Shown: one piece after another, positions 1 through 10,838 of the stretch
Position numbering within the stretch: the first letter of the stretch is position 1
Layout: every line of letters begins with the position of its first letter
Source: Paraglomus brasilianum
Lineage: Eukaryota
Direction: 5' to 3'
DNA: 50,662 bases
NCBI GenBank assembly: GCA_910592345.1
Contig: CAJVPI010000130.1
Location: 1 to 50,662, forward strand
Translations under genes and position numbers: made by a program
The notes under the pieces: model-generated
What the model was told of the DNA's origin: nothing
Database searches by the model: none
What the model saw: the letters and a program-made list of their open reading frames with translations, nothing else

Positions 1-677
1 TATGACAAAAGTCTAACGATGTTTCGTTATGCATTAAATCCATATATCGATGTCGATCGTCGATTTTCAGGGACGTTATGCAGGGTAAATCATGTTTATT
101 TACAATTAGGGACGGTTGGATTTCGTTTTATCAGTAGTCTGCCCCATATGATAACAGTCTGATAACAGTAATGCAATATATGGCATAATAATAACAACAA
201 CACAACAATGTTAACATCAGTTATTGAATATAGTACAACACATATTATCTGTTACCATATTGATAGTGATATTAATATTAATAATTCTGTAACTCTTACA
301 TTCTTTTTGCATAACTTGGAACACAACTGGCTAGATATCAATTTTTATGTGTATTGACAGAGAATAAAGAATACAAATTTGCATATTTTGATGGGTTGCC
401 CATTGCAGGAACAAAACTCCTCTAATTTTCATACACTAAAGATGCAAATAGTTTCACCAGAATTTTTTTTATATTATTTCTATAATGAAGCCCTTCTTGT
501 TCTGTGAATTTTCCATAAATTGAAAAGCAAATGATTGTAGAACATGGATTGATACCATGCGCATTCATTATTGTCAAGTATAACAATGATTTCGTTCTAA
601 TTCAACTAACCTATAACCACCCAAAGGGCATGTGGAGATAGATTTGACAAAAAAAAATCGATTAGAAACATGTGGAG

Positions 678-1439
678 TGTCGTGCCGACTATCACGGGAG
701 TGCAAGTAATAACTAGAAATTTAGTTAGTTTCGGCAGAGCGTGGCGTCTCCTTCTCTAGGTAAATCTCGGGTTACAATTAGTGGACCTTGTCTAATCAAG
801 GCTTTGAACTTATGAAAACCTTCCCGCCGTAGAGTGACGCTAATCCTGGATATATTAATTGTACTCGAGTAACTCTGTCGGCTCCTAAGTTGGGATTAAT
901 TATTAGTCTACCGTTGGGGTACAATAGTGTTTTAATTATAATAATGCGTATCTACATAACAATTAATTATCGTAATTTGCCACTCGAATAATCGCGGGAC
1001 AAGAGGCGATTATTCTTTATCGATATAGGGATTAGCGATTTCTCAGCTATACCGATAAGTTACCAGGGAATGAATCATTAACAATGTATTTCAGAGTATA
1101 AAGAACTACTCATTTATTTACAATAAAGGGTTATTACCCACTCTGGGATTAGAAAAAACGCAAACACGACAAAAATTCTAATCGAGAGTAATTAGAACAT
1201 TCTAAACATGCGCTTATTGACTCACCCTCTAACCGAAATCTGCGCTACTTATATATATCTTTCGAGCGGACTAATTGATCTATTTTTAGCAGCTATTACT
1301 AATTATCTAACTATTATTCTTGTTGCTTTTACAGCGATGCTTGTATCAACTGCTGTTATACCATGCGCTGGACCGTCGGAGCAATGCAGAAAGTCAGGAG
1401 AGAATACGTCACCTTTTATTATTATAGCGTAGCATCACA
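678..1439. mobile_element. Solo LTR of an LTR retrotransposon (762 bp)
   Basis: Starts TGTCGTGC (678) and ends GCATCACA (1439): TG...CA termini with a 6/8 inverted match. Flanked by a 4-bp direct repeat GGAG (674-677, 1440-1443). TATA-like run near 1248-1258. No gag/pol coding. Confidence 0.75.
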
Positions 1440-1619
1440 GGAGATACATATTAATACAGCTTTTGATATATTTTAGAGACAAATATTGGACGTTTAAAAA
1501 AATTTGCAGGTGACATTTCAATCGAGCTGAAATTTTACAGGTAGATCAGTGTTTGTGATATATTATTATTATATCCAGTGAAATTTTCAAAGTGTTTGCT
1601 CATTCCCATCCCAAATTAC

Positions 1620-1650
1620 GAGGGGCCAATTACTTATGCACCTTACTGTA
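1620..1650 (-). mobile_element. Possible Tc1/mariner terminal inverted repeat remnant
   Basis: Minus strand reads TA-CAGTAAGGTGCATAAGTAATTGGCCCC, resembling a Tc1-type end (TA + CAGT). No partner TIR found in the window. Confidence 0.3.
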
Positions 1651-2996
1651 AGAAAACAGAATCAACAAAAAAATTTTGTAACAGAAACCAATACTTTCAG
1701 GCTTTAATGTAATACCTTTAATTATACATGTTGTGAGGGATTAACCATTTTTAATCTCTTGTTACTTGTTCCTGCTGAATCAGATAGCAAACTTGAACGA
1801 ATTAATTTTGTATTGATAAATGAAGTAATAACAAATGAAACCCATATTTTCTCTTGCTTTTAGTGTATTTAAATTTCCTCTTACTGCGATTTCTTGTTTG
1901 TCCAATGACGTCTCGTCATCGCGTAAGGCCCCATTCCGCGCAGACTTTGTATCATGTCAAAGGCTTGATCAATAATAATTTTGTACGTTTAACTATTGTT
2001 ACAGTATATCAAATTAAATTTATGCGTGCCAACCTCGGTACAAATTTGGGGAGACGTGGATCCGTTTTTCAGCAAAACCTATTGCTTGGTTAATAGTGTT
2101 TCTTAGTTCATCCTTATCATTGGACAGCTTTTTATCACCAATTGCTTGATAGACCAGAAAATTATTGATTTTAACAAGTAAATTGGTAAAAAATTAGAGT
2201 GAATTTTAGAGTGGTAAAAGGGACTCGTTCGATAAAAAAACCTCCAAACGATCCATCGTTTGTTTATTACGTTCGAATGGTCGAGCTAAAAACTTTTTAA
2301 AGACGTTCACTCCCTTCTAGTAAACTTTGCATTTCGTCCAATGTGTAAATGGGCCTTTCATTTTTCACATATTCCATTCATAAAGAATTTTTGCTATTAC
2401 CCCAATAGTCGGCAAGTTTGGATTTTGAAGAAGGTATGGTCACTTTGTATTTCAACTTTGTTGGCTATGGCGATGCCCCGCATAAACTGTCAGACAAAAG
2501 GTCAAACGTCATGATGTCAATCCAACCCGTACGATATCAGATGACATTAATATGATAACTTGGCCATCTTTTTTTTTGTGGTGCCACTTTTGAATTTTTC
2601 TTAAGTTGCCTTGCGAAAACTTCATGCTTCCACGCGAGAAACAAATCTTATAAAAAGAAAGTTGCAAGGCGGAAGTTTAGCCGTGGTCTCACTTTCCGAA
2701 ATTATTGGGCAAACATGTTCCTCAAACATCTCAATACAAGCTCGGTCGCTAGTCATTTCCACATAATCTCGTTTGGGTTTTGGAGCTCATTTCTTCCTGT
2801 AACTGACATTTGGAAGGTCCATGTCATAGTGGATATATGAAGTACGAATACAAAAATATCCATGCTTATCTGATACGATTTATCACTATCCGGTTTTGCA
2901 CACGTCAACTTCTATGTCACGACGTTTGTTTTTTTTTTAGTAAAGTAGATGATATACAACCAACACGAGACTCTTCTTTAAATACAACATAAATAT

Positions 2997-3895
2997 CTAC
3001 TGGTTGCTAAATGTCCTTGGTTTGTCGACGGATATCGCATTAGCTCCTTGGATATTCCTCGGTTTTCTCATTTCTTCAATTTGCACTTTGCGCCCATATT
3101 TCGGCTTGTTGTATTTATTTCTACTACGTTCCCTTTGCAGCTCAGTCGGCCGTTGCGGGAGGGGATGTGATTCAGCCTTAGTATCCGATTGCAACTTTAA
3201 GGGTGCAACGTGGGTCTCGTGATATTTCCGCTAAATTATTAACACGTCTTAGTATTAGCTTTTCATAAGGAATTAAGCAAAAAAATTTTTAAATTTCATT
3301 GTATCTATACGCCCACCCTTTCCTTCTCCAATTTCTCCTTCTTTTCCCGTAATCTATTGAGTCTTGTCTCACTTTTGTTCCCACCACCTCCAGCAGTTAA
3401 TTCCACTCTTATCTAAGGTGAAAATGGGATCATCATAAGTTGCTTCGACAACAAGTAAAGAATTATTCATCGTCAAACCTTTCTTTTCTTGAATATCGTA
3501 TGATGGAAACGAAGAGCATTTTTCATGGATTGAACATTATCAAATTCGACGAACGCAAATCCCTTTGCTTTTTTTGTATGTTTATCAGTAATAATTCGAA
3601 CTGAAGATGGCCCACCTATTAGTATGATAATAAATTAAATCAGTGACGAGCATTCAAGCCAATTATATAGATCATTTGAATAACTTTTTGCTTACAGGCT
3701 GCTTCAAAATGTTTGATCAATTCTTCTTTCGTTGTGTTATGGGCTAAGCCGGCTAAATTGATTGATTGAAACAAGTTTATTGGAATGCTTTTTGTAGAAA
3801 AATTCGTGATGTTTATACCCAAATATCCTACCGACAAAAACGATATATCTTGGCGCATGCTTATCTCTTGATATCTCGCTAGAAGGTAAACTCAT
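2997..3895 (-). CDS. NOP6: Nop6-like nucleolar RRM protein (5 exons, ~195 aa if the in-frame ATG at 3895 is used)
   Basis: Exons 3895(or acceptor 3878)-3832, 3752-3696, 3615-3479, 3412-3317, 3230-2997 join in phase with GT-AG ends. Protein: RYIVFVAGLAHNTTKEELIKHFEAAC (RNP2), VRIITDKHTKKAKGFAFVEF (RNP1), ALRFHHTIFKKRKIRVELTAGGGGNKSETR (Nop6 ELTAGGGG signature), C-terminal GANAI. True start uncertain. Confidence 0.8.
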
Positions 3896-4233
3896 TAGAC
3901 CAAAGCCGAAATCGTAGTGTTCCAAAAAAATTTTATACTGCTCAGCCGATTAAATAATTTTTTATTTCAAATCAATCATATGACCATATATGATTGGTTC
4001 GTTACTGTGAATCGCGTGATCGGATTTCTAACGACCATAGAAAACAATCTTTTCACATACCAGAGTTGTTCATCGAAGCAAAACAGCCTGTTCTCAGAAA
4101 ATAAAAATCAGTTTGCTTGTCATCAAATGTCTTTTCCAGTTACAAAAGTTGGGATAAGCATTTACTGAAAAAATTGATTTGTTTAGATCCAGTTCTGTTT
4201 TTTGACATTTGTTACAACGACTTTAATTTTCAG

Positions 4234-5192
4234 AATGAACGATTATGAGAAAGCTGTACAAGTGCCTCTTCAAAAGCTATTATCAATATTAAAGCAATGC
4301 AAAGGTGAAAACACCGTGAGATATGAAAAAAAAGTCGCTGATGGCCTCGAAAGCAAGTTCCTTATATTAAAGCACGAGAACATCCTAACCATACACTGGA
4401 CGAACTTCTGGCCGAGTTTTGGAATAATATTCGTGATATCCCCAGCATTGGTTAGCCTTAGACAAAAGTCGCCGTTTGGGATTTCAAACCATTAAATCAA
4501 CCGCTCTGTGGCTGTACCCGATGAATAAGTTCTTACTGGTGAAATATCGAAAGTTAAACCACAACAGTTCAAGTTCACAATGATGAAGGTTAATAACTTT
4601 CAAAGTTTCTACTGGATGGCTTACAAATTTCATAATGTTGTCGTAAGGTGAAGCCAATTTGGAAGATCGGCGCACGAATTATAGAAATTTCTTCAACCAT
4701 ATCCAATTTGAACCTGCTTTTAATTGTGGCACTTTTTATTGTCTTGATCTTAGCATACAAGATGACAGAAAGCCAAGGATCACCGTAATGTTTGCGGTAA
4801 GTGTTACCGGAAAAGAGTTGAATACTCTGTTCATTCGTAAATCCACAACCACTAAACGGAAAAGACAAAGTACCTGCAGTTTTTTATTATCAGAACTCTG
4901 CAACATAGATATAAGCTTCAATTTTTAACCCTTCTTCCACATGGAACACAGAATTAGTTTAATGGCTCATGTTTCTATAGCACTTCAGTTGTATGTACTC
5001 AAGCGGAGCAGGAAGAATGCGACGCGCGATGGGCTTGGCGAACGTCGTAAGGAAACTAATTCGATGCGATTGTGTCTCGGCGCGCCTTTCAACCATGTAT
5101 TGCTAAAAGTGCTCAGATCAGTCAACATTCGTGAAGTATTGAATCTGCCAAGACAATTAGACACAAATGGCAAAAGCGAGAATTTTACCTAA
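4234..5192 (+). pseudogene. Decayed unidentified gene/TE-derived coding relic
   Basis: Protein-like segments in shifting frames (MNDYEKAVQVPLQKLL..., EHPNHTLDELLAEFWNNIRDIP, EDRRTNYRNFFNHIQFEPAFNCGTFYCLDL). Acceptor-like TTTTCAG at ~4233 and GTAAGT donor at ~4797. Interrupted by stops and frameshifts. Family not recognised. Confidence 0.35.
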
Positions 5193-5499
5193 TATCATGC
5201 CAGCCAAAGAAATCAATGAAGGTATTGATTTATCAATTTTATTTGAAATTCTGAAATTATAACATTTAATTAGAAACCGACAGTGTATGTACCATCTGTA
5301 TAATTCGGCTTATGTGAAATTTAACAAACGAAGACCTTGGCAAGCGAATAAGCTATCTCTTCCTATGATCTTTGACTTGTCGAGTAGCCTGTATCCGCTT
5401 CAGCGCAGAGGGGTCAGCACCAGTTAACTGTAAACGAAGATGGGATTGAGGAAGGGAAAGAGTCGCAAAAGATAATGGCACGGTGAAAGAGTCATTCCT

Positions 5500-5838
5500 C
5501 GTTTGAAATGATTCTTCTCTTTTCCACATGAATATCATCTTCTCGATTTATCGAGTTTTTTGGACTCATCGGTTCCCACTTTCTCTGGCTCGAGTGTCGC
5601 ATCTGTCACCTCCTTCCTTTGCACAATATTGGATACTATTACTATCTTAACTTCGATCGTTGTCCCGTATTCGACTAACAACATTACCGTCACCAATCGC
5701 CTCAACAACCGGCCATGCAACTTCGCCCGTTGAGTTTTCAAAGTTTCATCTTTTTCCTACTCTTGAAAGCTAAAGTCATTGGTTGTCGTTTGGTAAGTCT
5801 TTTCTCGAAAATGCCTGAGCAGACTTGGTAGTTGTCAT
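5500..5838 (-). pseudogene. Frameshifted remnant resembling a Nop6 N-terminal exon
   Basis: ATG at ~5838 (MTTTKSAQAF). A different frame then reads KRLTKRQPMTLAFKSRKK, similar to the KLTKKQ..ALAF start of fungal Nop6 proteins. K/E/D-rich fragments follow in several frames with stops. Confidence 0.4.
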
Positions 5839-6230
5839 ATTAATATTAATGGGAAGTTTTTCTTTCATTGATGGATGTATGATTAATTTCCCTTTGAACA
5901 CATGGCTAATCCAAAATAGGCAATAAATCGAAGCACCATCTCCCCTCGTTACATTTACGAGGGAATGTGATAAGCATGACAACCAATCCTTTTCTCTGAA
6001 AAACTGTGCCTGCCTAATGCAACCGGAGCACGCGCTATTATCACCTTCCGTTTCATTTGCAATCCTAAACAACAAATACTGCTCAATCTGCTTATTTTCG
6101 AACCCTGATTTTTTGTTACGTGTCTCCGGTCTTCACCCAGAGAAGCTTGTTGCCGATTCAAGCTTCTAATTGTCTTCCCGCTTACCTTGAAGGCATATTT
6201 CTTCACATCGCACTGCATTCGATATAGAAG

Positions 6231-9200
6231 ATGTCTACTCTAAAAAATGGCAGCAACTCGCGTACCCCGCTAGAGCTTCTGTCAGAGTTCGACGACTTTT
6301 GTTCATATCTGTTGCTGGACAAGTTATACCTTTGGTTTGAATCGAGAAAGATACAGGACAACTTTGCTTCGTTTGAGGTATCGCAGGAGTTTATACATGA
6401 GATTATAAAGAAGCATGTTGTGGAGCGGAAAGACGAGAAGTCGGCTCTTGGCGCACTGTTGGAGTAAGTTGAGGGAAGCTCAGGGTCGGTAAAAGGAACT
6501 TGATTTTCTTTACACTTGGCGATTAGGTTGTTTATATTGGACTGGTGCGATCTGTCGTATACCAGGATTCCCGAAGTTTCCGAACGCTTTGAAGATCTAG
6601 ATGAGCGGAGTAGGCAGCAATTCTCTCAGTAAGTGCTCACTATTCTCCTATAGGCTGAGTTTAGTTTGTCTTGATTTAGCCTGTCGGCCTTTTTATTTAC
6701 CTTTTCTTTTTCTTCCACCAAGACATGCACGGCGGTACTTATCAATGTACCGACCTGATGCAGGTTTTGAAGTGAGTCAGACTATAAGGTACGAAGCGAG
6801 GTCTGGAAAACCTGAAGCTTGTGTAATAGCAACGAAGGATCTTAGCGTAGGAGACCAGCTGGTTCATTGCTCGGGGACTCTGGTGCCTCTTGAAGCTGAC
6901 GAAGAGAGAGACATCGAAGAAGGACGTGACTTTACGATCATGTACTCATCTAACAGGTATGAGGCAACCCTTTAGTAGAAGCGTGAGCATGAGAAACGGT
7001 TGAGACAGGAAGGGAAGAGGGTGGAGTAAAGGGTAGTGGGGAAAGGGTGGTTGTCGGGGAAGGAAGAGGGGGGTGTTGAGGAAAAGAGTCTAATGGAATT
7101 GATATTGAATTGGTAGTAATTCGAGTGTAAATTGAACTAATGTTTGTTTATATGTCTCAAAGGAACAAGTCGAGCTTGTTTCTTGGCCCTGGACGTTTCG
7201 TCAACCACGATTGCCAGCCCAACGTGGAGGTACGATTGACATTTTTTTTCTTTTTTCGCTCATATCTATTTCTGTTGACAATCTTTTTTTTTTCATTCGA
7301 CTTTTCATCTCCCCCCTTCCCGCGGGTCACCAACTAGTTCTTCCGAAAAAGCCAGGCATCGAATGCTGTATCCTTCAAAGTATGCCGGGACATTAAAATA
7401 GGGGAAGAAATTTTCTGTTTTTACGGTGAAGACTATTTCGGAGATAATAATAGAGAGTGTTTGTGTTCTAGCTGTGAAAGGTTAGTGCGCAAACTGTTGT
7501 TGTTTAACGTCGAGTAATGGATTATGTCATCTGAATTATCAGTCGGAAATACTAACTTTTTTTTTTCACAGAAATCGACGAGGTGGATTCGCTCGATCGG
7601 GAGACGACATTGACAATCTGGACAATGTAATAGCACCTGAGACGCAACGAGTCACACGGCAAATGTTACGGAGGAGGAGGTCTATTGACAATGGTATTGT
7701 TTGATCAACAAGTCGATCATAATTGTATTCAAGTGGTTCTAGTCGTTTTACAAATTAGCTTTATTTTTCGTAGGTGTAACAAAACCAAAAGTACCATCTC
7801 CTCCACCGCCATCTCCTCCCAAACCACCAACATTAATACAATCTCCACAACCGCTAGCGCCGGCTGCGGCACTTACTACCGAAGTCAGGGACTATCTTCA
7901 TCCAGATATTACCTATTCAATTTCGTCAGATGCTACTGACCAGCTTCCGGTCGATGTGCAACCCAATATTGCAAACACGATTTCCTGCTACCTCCCTGCA
8001 AATACAGTCTTTACTGCCACCTCACTCCCAGTAACACATTCTTTCAATTCGTCCTGTGATAGTGCCTGGTCAGACTCAATACCTCCCCCCCCGCCACCCT
8101 CTTACTTTTCCCAAGACGCAGCAGCGTTCTCATTACAACCTATCTTTCAGTCTGGATATCATGACGATTCCCGCTCCTCATCTCGTATGTCTATCGCATA
8201 TCTTTGCGGCGCGTCTGATGAAGCCAACGATTACAGTGATCTGTTTTCCGACTCTGGTTCATCTCTTTCTGATGTCTCGACCGATCTGACCGAAACAGGT
8301 ATCTCTGGGAATAATTCGCCGATGAACGCAAGAACAAAAGATGTGAGGATGAAGAAGAATGATGCTGTGATAATAAGGCCAAAATTGCGATTTGGACAAT
8401 TAAGAGGAGAGTGTCAGACTTGCGAAGAAGAGACGTTTTTGATTACGGATAGTTTATGTTTTAGATGCGATAGGCATTACAGAATTTTTGGGAATCCGTG
8501 GCCGTTGAGACGTGAACCGGGAAAGAAGGTTGGTTGCGAGTGCTGGTTAATGCACGAGCATATAACAATATTCTTAGCGTCTCTTATTTTATTTATTTCT
8601 ATAGGCACCACCACCCATGATCCTTAATCCGCCTGTCCAGTTTGGGAAGCGAAGCAAACTTTCGAGTAACCTTCCGGATTCTTCCGAGTTATTATCTGTT
8701 CCCGTAACAGATAATCTTCCTTTGGCGGAACTTGATTTGGCGGGACTTGAATTTGAGATACAACAAAATAAATATTGTTTTACGAGAGGATCTCATAAAG
8801 AATATACAACAGGTAAGGGATCGGTTAGAAAGCAAAACAATGTGACAATTCGCGTTTTTTGTTCTTAATCTCTATGTCTTACCGTTAAATATCAGTTTGT
8901 GAATATCAATGGAACGATTATTGGATTCGCTGGGACACTGACAGAAACATCGTAAATGTGACTTTTTTATGGAAGGCATCAGGCAAGTCAACGCGTCACC
9001 TTCATGCAGCGATTTCATCGGTGCCCCAATGGAATTCGACAGTGGTGACACACGTTGGTGGATGTACGAAGATTTCCGGGAAATGGTACGTGTTTGTTGT
9101 GTTGTGAATATTGTACCATCACATTAGGTGCTCTTTATATTAATGTTATTAATGTGTTTTTCTTATTATAGGCTTCCAATGGAATATGCCTACGAATTTG

Positions 9201-10838
9201 CTCTTGAACATTGCTACAACATTCGTGAAGTTCTCGTACCTATATTCGGACCAAATTGGTGGGAATTACCATTTAATCCGGAGAGCTTTATGAAGCCTTC
9301 TAATGCTGATCAGAGTATTCTCGATGATGGACTTACATGCATTGCTGATAAAGGTAGACGGTGAACAATTTTGTGAAATATTCAGTGTAATCTGTTCATA
9401 TGTTGATAATTCTATTTATTATATAGGCAACAAAGACAATCCGACAGAACCAGATGGAATCACTCAATATTTACAATCTTTAGATGTTGATGAGTATCTT
9501 GGCTCAGATGACGATGTTATCATGGTGGAGGTGTGGGATAGTTCCAGTGAGAAAGAATCTACACTGAATGGATGCGTAGGATCAAAGGATGAACGAAAGC
9601 GTCGAACGAAGTGTCTGAACTACGATACTTCCTCTGAGTGAGTAGAATATGGTTTATTTATTGTGGTATTTGATGATAGACAATCAACGCCCATCCCCTA
9701 ACGATTGATGATCTTAACTTTGATAACTTGGTTATATATTCCAATTTTATTTATTCAATATTTACTCAGTTCGATGCTCAGCGCCAATTACGAAGACGAT
9801 TACGATTCAAGTGACTTTCTCCCGCCTTCCAAAAGACAAAAGCTACTAGAGGAATTGTCTTGGAGACATGTTAGAAAAAAGGACGTCGATTCCTCTACCG
9901 AAACACTATCCGTTTTGTCCGAAATGGAAGATAATAATTCAATTATGCATAGTTTCTTCGACACAGATAGTAGCGACCTGTCTGATACAGATAGGAACGA
10001 CCTGTCTGATACAGATAGGAGCGACCTGTCTGATACAGATAGGAGCGACCTGTCTGATACAGATAGTAGCGACCTGTCTGATGCAGATAGTAGCGACCTG
10101 TCTGATACTGATAGTAGCGACCTGTCCGATACTGATAGCCTTGTTACTACCGTATCTGTAAGGAGTGATCACTCGGCAGACAGTTACTTACAATCTAGTG
10201 ATCTTGCGGTGGATTATGATAGTAGTGTAGAGTTTGACGAGACAAGCAGTCTTTCGGAAACAGCAAGTGATACATCTATCGAAGATGTCTGTGCTAAAGG
10301 CAGGAAATCGTTCATAAGGCATAACGCGAATACAAAAAATAATGGAAAAACTCGGAATCGCAATAAGGATTTTGATAAGGATGGTGAGATTAAGTCCGAT
10401 GTATTAAAGTCGCAGTGGAAGGTTGGAGACCTTGTGGATATATCATGGCCACGTGACCTGATATGGTATCCAGGGAAGATAGAAAACGTAAAGTTTATTA
10501 CCACTTGCGTATGCCAATGTACAGTCTGCACAGTATGTCGTTTGCAGTCTTGATTAATTCTGAGTGTCTTCTCTTCTTCTAGATCGATACAATCAATGGT
10601 AAACGGATTTATCGTGTTCATTATATTGGATGGAACGCGAGACATGATGAATGGGTAACAAAAGATCGTTTACGCGAGGTGAGTAACACGTTTCATAATG
10701 GAGTCTTAACAAATAATAGCTAATCATTATTTGTATGCATCCGTTTAATAGACTACTGTGAAGAAAGTGGATGAAGAATGTGAAAGTGAAGAAAGTGATA
10801 GAGAAGGTTCCATCGACGATGATAACTTATGTTATTAG
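6231..10838 (+). CDS. set9: Set9/Suv4-20 histone H4K20 methyltransferase with C-terminal APSES/KilA-N and chromo-barrel (Tudor-knot) domains; 14 exons, ~1115 aa
   Basis: Exons 6231-6463, 6527-6628, 6723-6956, 7163-7229, 7338-7480, 7572-7693, 7774-8528, 8605-8812, 8896-9085, 9172-9353, 9427-9637, 9770-10487, 10583-10678, 10752-10838. All GT-AG and phase-compatible; total 3348 nt. Set9 motifs: [75 protein letters not shown], fungal C-terminal [16 protein letters not shown]. Confidence 0.88.
9960..10139 (+). repeat. Coding 24-bp tandem repeat (~7.5 copies; SDTD[S/R]SDL)
   Basis: Repeated GATACAGATAGTAGCGACCTGTCT variants inside exon 12 of set9. Confidence 0.95.

Noticed and set aside
1925..2358. 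Possible PIF/Harbinger MITE (GGCCC(C)ATT ... AATGGGCC)
   Set aside because: The inverted match is only about 9 bp and no clear TSD is present.
9960..10139. CRISPR-like array
   Set aside because: Units are contiguous with no unique spacers, there are no cas genes, and the context is a eukaryotic exon.
9868..10172. Alternative-frame and antisense repeat ORFs (ATCLIQI / VATICIRQ)
   Set aside because: Shadows of the 24-bp repeat in set9 exon 12; only the Ser/Asp frame joins the flanking exons.
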